32,630 bases of DNA from Patescibacteria group bacterium (GCA_035291485.1 DATDSA010000013.1:1-32630); one strand, 5' to 3'. Shown: positions 1 to 6,139, counted from the stretch's first letter. Notes: generated by a model not told the origin, from the sequence alone. A program made the numbers and translations.

Positions 1-327
1 CGAACCCTCCCGCAAGAATTTCACCACATCCTGCGCCAGGGAACGCGCAATGGATATCTGTTCGAAGCTTCCCGGATCCATAAAATACACCGCGCCGGCA
101 TCTGAGTACAAAAATTGGGCTTTCTTCTTCTCGATCTCACCTTCCTCAACGGTGGCGCCGGAAACAAAGCTTTTTTCCAACATCGAACCTGATCTGATGT
201 CCCGCGCTTTGACTTTGATGGTGGCGTTTCCCCGTCCCACTTTGACGTGGCTATACTCCACCACCGTATAGGGCCGGCCCTCTTCCACAAAAACGGCGCC
301 TTTTCGAAGTTCGGTAACGGATAGCAT
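1..327 (-). CDS. efp: Elongation factor P, first 109 codons (3' end runs off the window at position 1)
   Basis: Absent from the ORF track because it has no in-window stop. Manual translation from ATG (327-325) gives MLSVTELRKGAVFVEEGRPYTVVEYSHVKVGRGNATIKVKARDIRSGSMLEKSF...AQFLYSDAGAVYFMDPGSFEQ, the typical EF-P domain I/II pattern. Confidence 0.85.
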   Translation of the reverse strand, partial: MLSVTELRKGAVFVEEGRPYTVVEYSHVKVGRGNATIKVKARDIRSGSMLEKSFVSGATVEEGEIEKKKAQFLYSDAGAVYFMDPGSFEQISIARSLAQDVVKFLREGS

Positions 328-332
328 ACTCG

Positions 333-368
333 TCAATTATCAATTATCAGATATCAATTATCAAATTA
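333..368. repeat. Tandem heptamer array TCAATTA x5 (one unit TCAGATA, last unit 8 nt TCAAATTA)
   Basis: Read directly: tcaatta tcaatta tcagata tcaatta tcaaatta, lying between the divergent efp start (327) and tRNA-Leu (397). Confidence 0.85.
336..364 (-). promoter_or_regulatory. Putative sigma70-type promoter of efp embedded in the heptamer array (TTGATA-17 nt-GATAAT), 8 nt before the ATG
   Basis: The minus strand reads TTGATA (364-359), a 17-nt spacer, GATAAT (341-336), tgacgagt, then ATG. There is no SD, and the spacing implies a leaderless or 1-2-nt-leader mRNA. Confidence 0.35.
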
Positions 369-374
369 CAGGGA

Positions 375-383
375 TGGTAAAAT
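375..383 (+). promoter_or_regulatory. Extended -10 element TGGTAAAAT upstream of tRNA-Leu
   Basis: TGnTAAAAT sits 14 nt upstream of the tRNA 5' end. The same TGnTAnnAT pattern recurs at other promoters in this window. Confidence 0.4.
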
Positions 384-396
384 TAAAACACCAAGT

Positions 397-482
397 GCCG
401 GGGTGGCGGAATGGCAGACGCGATCGCCTCAAAAGCGGTTGAGCGCAAGCTCATGCGAGTTCGACTCTCGCCCCCGGCACCA
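397..482 (+). tRNA. tRNA-Leu, anticodon CAA, type II (long variable arm), genomically encoded CCA
   Basis: Manual fold: acceptor GCCGGGG/CCCCGGC, D stem GCG/CGC, anticodon stem ATCGC/GCGGT with loop CTCAAAA (CAA at 430-432). Variable arm TGAGCGCAAGCTCAT, T arm GCGAG-TTCGACT-CTCGC, discriminator A, CCA at 480-482. Confidence 0.9.
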
Positions 483-587
483 CTTCCTCTCCCAATTCTC
501 CGAACAAGTTGACATAAACCTATAACCGTGGGAGACTGAATTGATTCCTATCCGAGGTAATCATGAAAACCGGGAAGGAGACTGACG

Positions 588-848
588 ATGTGGACCGGGC
601 TCTACCTCATGATCGGCGGCCTGGTGATCGGTTTGGGAGCCTTCGGCTTTGTGCTCATCAATCTGGCCTGGCGCGGTTCCAAATTGAGCCTCGAGAACGA
701 CCGAGGCTTCAAGAGCCTGTTCCTGGGGCACGTCAGCGCGATGACCGTGATGTTCCTAGGCGGATTGATCTGGGTCATCGGCGCCGTCGTCGCCCTGGTC
801 AACATCTTCATTGAGTTGACCGGTATCCTGAACAGCGGACTGCTTTAG
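588..848 (+). CDS. Small hydrophobic membrane protein (86 aa, 2-3 predicted TM segments), function unknown
   Basis: ATG preceded by AAGGAG at 7-nt spacing. The sequence is strongly hydrophobic (LYLMIGGLVIGLGAFGFVLINLAW ... VMFLGGLIWVIGAVVALVNIFI) and is followed by a hairpin plus T-run. Confidence 0.6.
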   Translation: MWTGLYLMIGGLVIGLGAFGFVLINLAWRGSKLSLENDRGFKSLFLGHVSAMTVMFLGGLIWVIGAVVALVNIFIELTGILNSGLL

Positions 849-861
849 CTCTCCTAGAACG

Positions 862-893
862 TCCCCAGCGAAACTCGCCGGGGGCTTTTTATC
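862..893 (+). terminator. Intrinsic terminator (CCCC..GCG-aaact-CGC..GGGG then TTTTT)
   Basis: Hairpin plus T-run 15 nt after the stop of the 86-aa gene. Its 22-nt core gcgaaactcgccgggggctttt (868-889) is identical to the one at 2805-2826. Confidence 0.55.
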
Positions 894-900
894 TTTTCCG

Positions 901-909
901 TGGTATCAT
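901..909 (+). promoter_or_regulatory. Extended -10 element TGGTATCAT (pncA promoter)
   Basis: The same 9-mer occurs upstream of hisS (10611-10619). It lies about 55 nt upstream of the pncA ATG, which has SD AAAGGAGGG. Confidence 0.4.
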
Positions 910-965
910 TTATCCAGAAAATCAAGTGTAAACCTTAACAACTCAACAGCCAAAGGAGGGCTGAC

Positions 966-1526
966 ATGACCCAGAAAGCGTTGGTTGTGGTGGATGTCCA
1001 GAACGACTTCTGCCCGGGCGGATCGCTCGCCGTGGCGGACGGTGACCAAGTGGTCGAACCTCTCAACCGGATGATCCGTTTTGCGAGGGAAAACATTTGG
1101 GAAATCTATTTCTCCCGCGACTGGCATCCGGCTAAGACCGCCCATTTTGAGAAGTGGCCGGTGCACTGCGTGCAGAACACCCGAGGTGCGGAATTCCATC
1201 CCGATCTCAAGCTACCGTGGGGTTACCAGAGATTTCAGATAATTTCCAAGGGGATGGGCGACGCGGACGACTACTCCGCCTTCGACGGCGGAATGCGCCC
1301 GCAAGCAGACCATCTCTACGTGGGCGGCTTGGCCACCGACTATTGCGTCCTTTGGACAGCAAATCGCGCCCGCGAACTGGGCTATGAAGTGACGCTCCTG
1401 CAGAACGCCTGCCGAGCGGTCGACATCAAACCCGGAGATGGGCAGCGCGCTCTCGATCAGATGCGCGAGAACGGCGTCCGAATCGCCACCACGGAAGAGG
1501 TGTTGAATGAAGCAGAAAAAGGATGA
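966..1526 (+). CDS. pncA: Nicotinamidase / pyrazinamidase (isochorismatase family)
   Basis: 186 aa. Contains VVVDVQNDFCPGG and the catalytic-Cys context GGLATDYCV. Strong SD. Overlaps the downstream NAPRTase gene by 20 nt. Confidence 0.85.
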   Translation: MTQKALVVVDVQNDFCPGGSLAVADGDQVVEPLNRMIRFARENIWEIYFSRDWHPAKTAHFEKWPVHCVQNTRGAEFHPDLKLPWGYQRFQIISKGMGDADDYSAFDGGMRPQADHLYVGGLATDYCVLWTANRARELGYEVTLLQNACRAVDIKPGDGQRALDQMRENGVRIATTEEVLNEAEKG

Positions 1527-2772
1527 GCCTATCACCTCCTCTCTTCTAGACACCGATTTCTACAAGTTCACCATGGGACAGTTGATCTTCCGCTCCTACC
1601 CCGATGTTGAGGTGGAGTTCGGCCTGATCAACCGCTCCGGCGCCCCGCTGGCCAATTTCATCCGAGAGGAAGAACTGCGGGCCGAGCTGGACCAGGTGCA
1701 GAGCCTTCGGTTCAACAATAGTGAACTGCACTACCTGCGGGGCACCAATGAATACGGTGAGCGCATGTTTGGCGAGGACTACCTGCAATTCCTGCAAAAC
1801 CTGCAGTTGCCCCCCTACCGGCTGGAACGAGTAGACGACAGCTACCGGCTGTCGTTCACCGGCCCCTGGGCGGCAGCCACCTACTGGGAAACACCGGCGC
1901 TGTACATTGTCACCGAACTTCGCTGCCGCTCCCTGATGGACACTCAAAGCCGGTTTGACCAAGACGCAACCCATGCCGCCGGCATCTCCCGCTCGCGGGA
2001 GAAGATCGAGCGACTAAGGGAGTACCCCAAGATTACGTTCAGCGACTTTGGAACGCGCCGGCGCTTTAGCGGCGCCTGGCACGATTACTTGGTCGGGGCT
2101 CTGGCAGAAGAGCTGCCCGCGCAATTCCGAGGAACATCCAACGTCTATCTAGCGATGAAGCACGGCCTGCTGCCGATGGGCACCTCCGCCCACGAGCGCA
2201 ACCAAGTCGTAACGGCCTTAGCATTTGAGGAAGCTGGCGCAGACGCCAATGATGCCGAGACCATCATCGCCTCCCAAAAGAAGGTATTGGATGAGTGGTG
2301 GGATCTTTATGGCCACGGCCTGTCCATCGCCCTGACCGACACGTTCGGCAGTCCGTTCTTTTTCCGGACGGCTCCCGAATATGTCGCCCGGGACTGGAAA
2401 GGGACCCGGCAAGATTCCGGCTCCCCCTTCTCCTACGGGGAACAAGCCATCAACTGGTACGCCAAGTACGGGGTGGATCCCCTTTCCAAGCTCACCGTAT
2501 TTAGCGATCAGCTCGACGTTCAGCGGATGGTTGACTTGCATCTGGCCTTCCGTGGAAGACTCGGCCACACCTTCGGTTGGGGAACAAACCTGACCAACGA
2601 TCTCGGGTTTCGGCCGATCTCGATCGTGATCAAGGCCCTCCGGGCCAACGGCCGTTCCACGGTGAAGCTAAGCGACAATCTCGCGAAAGCGATAGGTGAG
2701 CCCGAAGAAGTGGCGCGATATAAGCGGGCCGCCGGCTACACCAACACCGGATCGGAAGAGTGTGTTTCTTGA
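1507..2772 (+). CDS. pncB: Nicotinate phosphoribosyltransferase
   Basis: 421 aa. The N-terminal LLDTDFYKFTMGQ and MGTSAHE motifs are characteristic of NAPRTase. Operonic with pncA. Confidence 0.9.
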   Translation: MKQKKDEPITSSLLDTDFYKFTMGQLIFRSYPDVEVEFGLINRSGAPLANFIREEELRAELDQVQSLRFNNSELHYLRGTNEYGERMFGEDYLQFLQNLQLPPYRLERVDDSYRLSFTGPWAAATYWETPALYIVTELRCRSLMDTQSRFDQDATHAAGISRSREKIERLREYPKITFSDFGTRRRFSGAWHDYLVGALAEELPAQFRGTSNVYLAMKHGLLPMGTSAHERNQVVTALAFEEAGADANDAETIIASQKKVLDEWWDLYGHGLSIALTDTFGSPFFFRTAPEYVARDWKGTRQDSGSPFSYGEQAINWYAKYGVDPLSKLTVFSDQLDVQRMVDLHLAFRGRLGHTFGWGTNLTNDLGFRPISIVIKALRANGRSTVKLSDNLAKAIGEPEEVARYKRAAGYTNTGSEECVS

Positions 2773-2797
2773 TGCGTTCTTTAGTTCTTTTCAAATC

Positions 2798-2834
2798 GCC
2801 CCTTGCGAAACTCGCCGGGGGCTTTTCTTTTTTT
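2798..2834 (+). terminator. Intrinsic terminator after pncB (GCCCC..GCG-aaact-CGC..GGGGC then TTTTCTTTTTTT)
   Basis: Hairpin plus long T-run. Shares an identical 22-nt core with the terminator at 862-893. Confidence 0.6.
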
Positions 2835-2867
2835 AAAAGAAAAAGCGGCTGCTGTTTAGGCAACCGC
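2835..2867 (-). terminator. Intrinsic terminator of the PP-loop ATPase gene (minus strand)
   Basis: The minus strand reads GCGGTTG-cctaaacag-CAGCCGC followed by TTTTTCTTTT. The hairpin spans the stop codon (2856-2858). Confidence 0.5.
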
Positions 2868-3962
2868 CAGGTGACCGAGACCGTAACGCTTCACAGCTCG
2901 GTTGAAACTCTTTACAAACGTCTCCCCCATGATATCCGCCATCTTCTCTCGATTTTCCCGCATCCAACGGCGGGTACTGATCAGGAAGATTCGGATATCG
3001 GCGAGATCGGCTCGCTGCATCTCGGGATCGTAGAGAACCCGCGCCAGATTAACAGTTAGGCACTTGAAGCAGGAACCGCACTGGGATTCATAGAGCGGGA
3101 GCGTCGGCGCCCGCCGTTCCCAACTCCGCCGCAGAAAAGGCTTGTGGTGGGCGGCGGAAAAACAGTTGCAGACGAGCGGCAGCCAGCTTGGCCGGTGCTT
3201 CAGCAGGTCCCGGATGACATCGATCTCCTCCCGAAGCCGCCAACCAACCCGCACTGGAATCCCAAATTCTTTCAGAATTCGGTTGAAGAGCTGGAAGTTC
3301 TCGGCCTGTTCGGTAAAGTACATCTCTGGATTGCCGGACGGGCAGCCTTCGATGATGACTCGCCCCGCACCGAACTCCATTGCCACCGGAACGATCAACC
3401 CCGCCAGGAACATATCGCGGGAGCGCATCACCCGATAGCCGTGGTTGCTGGAGCTGTTGAGCAGCCGGATCGTTTGAAGATGGAAGCCCAGCGCCTGACT
3501 CTGTCGAATAGCGTAGGCCGCTTCGTGGTTTCTCTGGCCCTGATTCAACCCACCAAGATGGACGGCCAGAACGTTTTCCGGACCGTACCGCTCCTGAGTC
3601 CACCAGACATTCCACATCGAGTCCTTCCCGCCCGAGTACGCCACCGCCGCCCGGCCGGGATCAGACTTCGGCAGGACCGGCCAGCTCCAGTTACCCCGCG
3701 GCGTGCGAAAAATCGGGCGCGGACGTTTATCCGAAGCGTACATCGCCGCGATCAGATCCCGCATTCGCGGCTCGACCGGAAAATCGGTTTCGATCGTCTG
3801 CGGGAAATAGGGCGCCACCAAGTGCATCAGACTGAGATTGGAAAAGAGCATCTCCGCCAACCGGTGGCGAGGATATTCCCCCTCGATCAGGATGCGCTCC
3901 ATCTTCTTTGACCCCTTGGTAACAAGTTCAAAATCTTTCAACCGAACTTGCATCAGGTCCAT
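2856..3962 (-). CDS. PP-loop (N-type ATP pyrophosphatase) superfamily protein, QueC-like, with a C-terminal Cys cluster and a ~105-aa N-terminal extension
   Basis: 368 aa. PP-loop AVAYSGGKDS, a downstream GQRNHE resembling the QueC GQRH, and Cys pattern CNC...(x31)...CGSCFKC resembling the QueC Zn site. Strong SD GAAGGAGG and its own promoter. Confidence 0.65.
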   Translation of the reverse strand: MDLMQVRLKDFELVTKGSKKMERILIEGEYPRHRLAEMLFSNLSLMHLVAPYFPQTIETDFPVEPRMRDLIAAMYASDKRPRPIFRTPRGNWSWPVLPKSDPGRAAVAYSGGKDSMWNVWWTQERYGPENVLAVHLGGLNQGQRNHEAAYAIRQSQALGFHLQTIRLLNSSSNHGYRVMRSRDMFLAGLIVPVAMEFGAGRVIIEGCPSGNPEMYFTEQAENFQLFNRILKEFGIPVRVGWRLREEIDVIRDLLKHRPSWLPLVCNCFSAAHHKPFLRRSWERRAPTLPLYESQCGSCFKCLTVNLARVLYDPEMQRADLADIRIFLISTRRWMRENREKMADIMGETFVKSFNRAVKRYGLGHLAVA

Positions 3963-3996
3963 CGCTCACTCCTCCTTCGTTTTGGTTATCAAGAGC

Positions 3997-4024
3997 ATTA
4001 TAGGGCGGCCGGGATTTTATGCAA
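3997..4024 (-). promoter_or_regulatory. Canonical promoter TTGCAT-16 nt-TATAAT for the PP-loop gene
   Basis: The minus strand reads TTGCAT (4024-4019), a 16-nt spacer and TATAAT (4002-3997), followed by a ~35-nt leader with SD. Confidence 0.55.
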
Positions 4025-4030
4025 GCCAAC

Positions 4031-4056
4031 AAAAAAGGGTACCGGTGGGTACCCTT
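4031..4056 (-). terminator. Intrinsic terminator of the three-gene small-protein operon
   Basis: A perfect 9-bp stem AAGGGTACC/GGTACCCTT (4035-4043 / 4048-4056) with a 4-nt loop, followed on the minus strand by TTTT. Confidence 0.6.
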
Positions 4057-4057
4057 G

Positions 4058-4273
4058 TTAGGATGTCTTTATCTTCCGAGCGTCGATCCCGCACTCCGTC
4101 AGCAGGGTGCGAAAGAGAGCGGGCTTGATCTCCGATCGCGCCACGGCGAACTGAATGGCGGCCGAGTTCTTGGAGCCGTAGAGCCAGTCGATCACCCGTT
4201 CCATCTCCTCACCGGTGAGAACGCGCTTCGGAGCCTCTTCGTTGAGAAGCCGCTGAGCGCTTAGCCAGGACAC
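4058..4273 (-). CDS. Hypothetical protein, 71 aa
   Basis: ORF track entry. Its GTG start overlaps the stop of the upstream 47-aa ORF (TAGTG), and a terminator lies immediately downstream. Confidence 0.5.
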   Translation of the reverse strand: MSWLSAQRLLNEEAPKRVLTGEEMERVIDWLYGSKNSAAIQFAVARSEIKPALFRTLLTECGIDARKIKTS

Positions 4274-4416
4274 TACTTCCCGCCTTTGGTCGTATCGAGA
4301 GCGTCCAGGGCCGCCTTGACGTCGGCGTTCGTAATCCGCAGAGCTTTGCGGATCTCGGTCGCCGAAGCCGGTCGAGCAATGTGAAGCTTGCGCTTCTTCT
4401 TTCCCTTCTTCTTCAC
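4273..4416 (-). CDS. Hypothetical very small protein, 47 aa, Lys-rich N-terminus (MKKKGKKKRKLHIARPASATEIRKALRITNADVKAALDALDTTKGGK)
   Basis: Below the ORF-track size cutoff and found by manual translation. GTG start at 4416 with GGAGG 5 nt upstream. Its stop TAG overlaps the GTG of the next gene. Confidence 0.45.
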   Translation of the reverse strand: MKKKGKKKRKLHIARPASATEIRKALRITNADVKAALDALDTTKGGK

Positions 4417-4439
4417 GCCCGCCTCCTTTCTTTAGCGAG

Positions 4440-4700
4440 TCACATCACCAGCCGGATGGCTTCCGAAACATCTTCCCGGGACGGATACCAACCGGCGGAG
4501 AGAGCGGCGCGGCCGTGGCCGGTGATCCGGTAAAAGCCGCGGGAGTTGCGCGTCCCTCTGATCCCGATCCGCTTGACCTCGATCAACCGAAGGTGAACGG
4601 CCGCCTCGACCACGCCAACCGTCACGGCCTTCTGAAGAATCTTTCCGTGCCAGCCGCCATCCTTCAGAGCTTTCAAAAGCAGTCTCACTCTCCGATCCAT
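4440..4700 (-). CDS. Small winged-helix-like DNA-binding protein candidate, 86 aa
   Basis: The track ORF runs 4440-4742, but AAGGAGG-6 nt-ATG at 4700 is the convincing start (MDRRVRLLLKALKDGGWHG...). The pattern LIEVKRI...FYRITGHGRAAL resembles a wHTH recognition helix plus wing. Confidence 0.5.
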   Translation of the reverse strand: MDRRVRLLLKALKDGGWHGKILQKAVTVGVVEAAVHLRLIEVKRIGIRGTRNSRGFYRITGHGRAALSAGWYPSREDVSEAIRLVM

Positions 4701-4743
4701 GGCAGACCTCCTTTTATCCTTTTGCTGCCATTCTATCACCATT

Positions 4744-4771
4744 TTGCGGCGAGAAAGCGGGGTGCTAGAAT
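4744..4771 (+). promoter_or_regulatory. Promoter TTGCGG-16 nt-(TGc)TAGAAT
   Basis: -35 at 4744-4749 and extended -10 TGCTAGAAT at 4763-4771. Drives the 4802-5011 unit, which ends at the terminator at 5026-5054. Confidence 0.5.
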
Positions 4772-4801
4772 TCTAACCACAAAAGAGAAAGGAGGCAACC
4801 C

Positions 4802-5011
4802 CTGGAGGAAACCACCCATCGCGCCTATCTTCTGCTGAAAGCCGGGCTCTCCCCCGCGGCGGCCCGAGAGGAGCTTGGAGAGTTCGGTGCCTCTCCCGAA
4901 GAAGCTGCCGGCGCCGTGGCGGAAGCGGAGATAATTATCTCCGAAGGAAACGGCAATCGACATTGGGAGGAAGAAGGAGGGAATCATCTGAACGACAGCC
5001 CCGGTGGATAG
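4802..5011 (+). CDS. Candidate 69-aa acidic protein with a non-canonical CTG start (xEETTHRAYLLLKAGLSPAAAREELGEFGASPEEAAGAVAEAEIIISEGNGNRHWEEEGGNHLNDSPGG)
   Basis: AGGAGG (4790-4795) lies 6 nt before CTG, and no ATG/GTG/TTG occurs in frame between the upstream stop (4766) and codon 39. First codon positions are strongly G/purine-rich. The unit is bracketed by a promoter and a canonical terminator. Confidence 0.35.
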   Translation: MEETTHRAYLLLKAGLSPAAAREELGEFGASPEEAAGAVAEAEIIISEGNGNRHWEEEGGNHLNDSPGG

Positions 5012-5025
5012 GGAGAAAGAATAAG

Positions 5026-5054
5026 CCCGCAAAAGTTTCATTTGCGGGTTTTTT
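5026..5054 (+). terminator. Intrinsic terminator CCCGCAAA-agtttca-TTTGCGGG + TTTTTT (probably bidirectional)
   Basis: An 8-bp stem plus T6 on the plus strand, 15 nt after the 4802-5011 stop. On the minus strand it lies 13 nt after the stop of 5061-5618. Confidence 0.65.
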
Positions 5055-5060
5055 ACTACG

Positions 5061-5618
5061 TCAAGTGTGGCGGAGGATTCGAGCTTGGTAGATGGTGGCC
5101 GTAATCTGAATTATTCCCATCGTCAAGAAAAGCACCGTAAAGGAAAGGTAGTTCACGATTAGTCCCCCCAAAATCACCGCGGCCGCGGTCACCAGGTAAT
5201 ACTGACCGGAGGGAAGGCTCCAGAGGTAGCTGGGCTCGTGGTCCTCGCCGGAATCGGAGTAGAGCGCCGACCAGGTCGGCACCGACAGAGCGACCGCTAC
5301 TCCCAGCCCGATCTGGACCAGGAGCAGGTGCCAGGGGGCGGAAACCAGGAGGTAGGCAAAGGTGAAGAGCGCATTAACGATGTAACCGGCGATCATCAGC
5401 TTCTCCGGAGCGATCTTCTTGCCGGCGACCTTTCCCACCCAAATGGTCAGGACCCCGGTGACCGCCAGATAGGCCGCCCACGCCCAGGTAATATCAAGGA
5501 CGTTGCCGCCGACCTTCTGGGAAAAAACAGCAAAGAGCGGACCGAGCATCCCCTCCCCCAGATACCAGATGTTGCTTCCCCAAAGGAGAACCTTTGTCTT
5601 GGAGCTAAGTTTGACCAT
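5061..5618 (-). CDS. Stand-alone 6-TM membrane protein resembling one half of an MFS-type transporter
   Basis: 185 aa with about six hydrophobic segments. No partner half is present on either side. TAAAAT lies 9 nt upstream of the ATG, and there is no SD. Confidence 0.6.
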   Translation of the reverse strand: MVKLSSKTKVLLWGSNIWYLGEGMLGPLFAVFSQKVGGNVLDITWAWAAYLAVTGVLTIWVGKVAGKKIAPEKLMIAGYIVNALFTFAYLLVSAPWHLLLVQIGLGVAVALSVPTWSALYSDSGEDHEPSYLWSLPSGQYYLVTAAAVILGGLIVNYLSFTVLFLTMGIIQITATIYQARILRHT

Positions 5619-5643
5619 CTCAATTCCATTTTAACTAAAAACC

Positions 5644-5671
5644 TTGCCAATTTTCCGCTAGGGGTTAAAAT
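5644..5671 (+). promoter_or_regulatory. Promoter TTGCCA-16 nt-TAAAAT for the ASCH gene
   Basis: Read directly. Followed by the SD AGAGGAGGA and GTG at 5702. Confidence 0.5.
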
Positions 5672-5701
5672 ACATCTGGAAAACAAATAGAGGAGGAAAC
5701 C

Positions 5702-6127
5702 GTGGCAACCTTTAAGAGACCGCTGCTTGCACTGCTGATCTCCCCGGACCAGGGGGAGCGCCGGGCCATCCTGGAGGGCCGGTTGAAGATCTCGGTCCGA
5801 GAGGGGTACCGGGACGGTTACGATCCCGGTCGGCCGGTGATGATCTGCTGCCACCTCGACCCCTGGTGCGTGATGGCCACGATCACCGCGTCCCGGCACT
5901 GCCTGCTCTCCGAGGTCACCGAGGAAGAGCGGAGCGACCACGGGTTCGCGAGCCGAGAGGACCTCCTCGCCGGAATACGGCGCTTCTACCCCGCGATGGG
6001 CTGGGACAGCGCCGTCACCGTCATTCGCTGGGACAGCGTCTGCGGCAAGCTGGTCGAAAACTGGGCTGAATTTAGGAAGAGTTCTTCCTGGGTTCTGCAG
6101 GACTCTCCCCCCGAGTCGAGTTTCTGA
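5702..6127 (+). CDS. ASCH-domain (PUA-like) protein, YqfB-like
   Basis: 141 aa. ILEGRLKISVREGYRD...WCVMATITASRHCLLSEVTEEERSDHGFASREDLLAGIRRFYP...VTVIRWD aligns by eye with E. coli YqfB (ILAGRKTITIRDE...[42 protein letters not shown]...YVIEFK). Confidence 0.65.
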   Translation: MATFKRPLLALLISPDQGERRAILEGRLKISVREGYRDGYDPGRPVMICCHLDPWCVMATITASRHCLLSEVTEEERSDHGFASREDLLAGIRRFYPAMGWDSAVTVIRWDSVCGKLVENWAEFRKSSSWVLQDSPPESSF

Positions 6128-6139
6128 AACGAACAAACA

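Noticed and set aside
333-368. Short tandem arrays (here, 21383-21446 and 24157-24237) as CRISPR arrays or minisatellite mobile elements
   Set aside because: The units are 7-8 nt with no spacers and no cas genes. They are far too short for CRISPR repeats, so they are treated as promoter- or leader-associated microrepeats.
563-814. 83-aa ORF starting at ATG 563, overlapping the 86-aa membrane protein gene in another frame
   Set aside because: It is an Arg/Pro/Asp-rich non-protein-like sequence. The 588-848 frame has the SD and a coherent hydrophobic profile.
3144-3911. 255-aa plus-strand ORF (and 3088-3615 minus, other frame) overlapping the PP-loop ATPase gene
   Set aside because: These are antisense or alternative frames of a gene with a clear PP-loop motif, promoter and SD. 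The composition is typical of GC-rich shadow ORFs.
4736-5041. 101-aa minus-strand ORF in the ORF track
   Set aside because: It runs through the stem of the 5026-5054 terminator and has no SD. Its first codon positions are the complement of third positions of a better-looking plus-strand frame, so it is probably a shadow ORF. The call is not certain.
483-5060. Genomic island integrated at the 3' end of tRNA-Leu
   Set aside because: No integrase or recombinase is present, and I found no direct repeat of the tRNA 3' end by eye. pncA and pncB directly downstream are ordinary salvage genes, and only 2856-5060 looks accessory.
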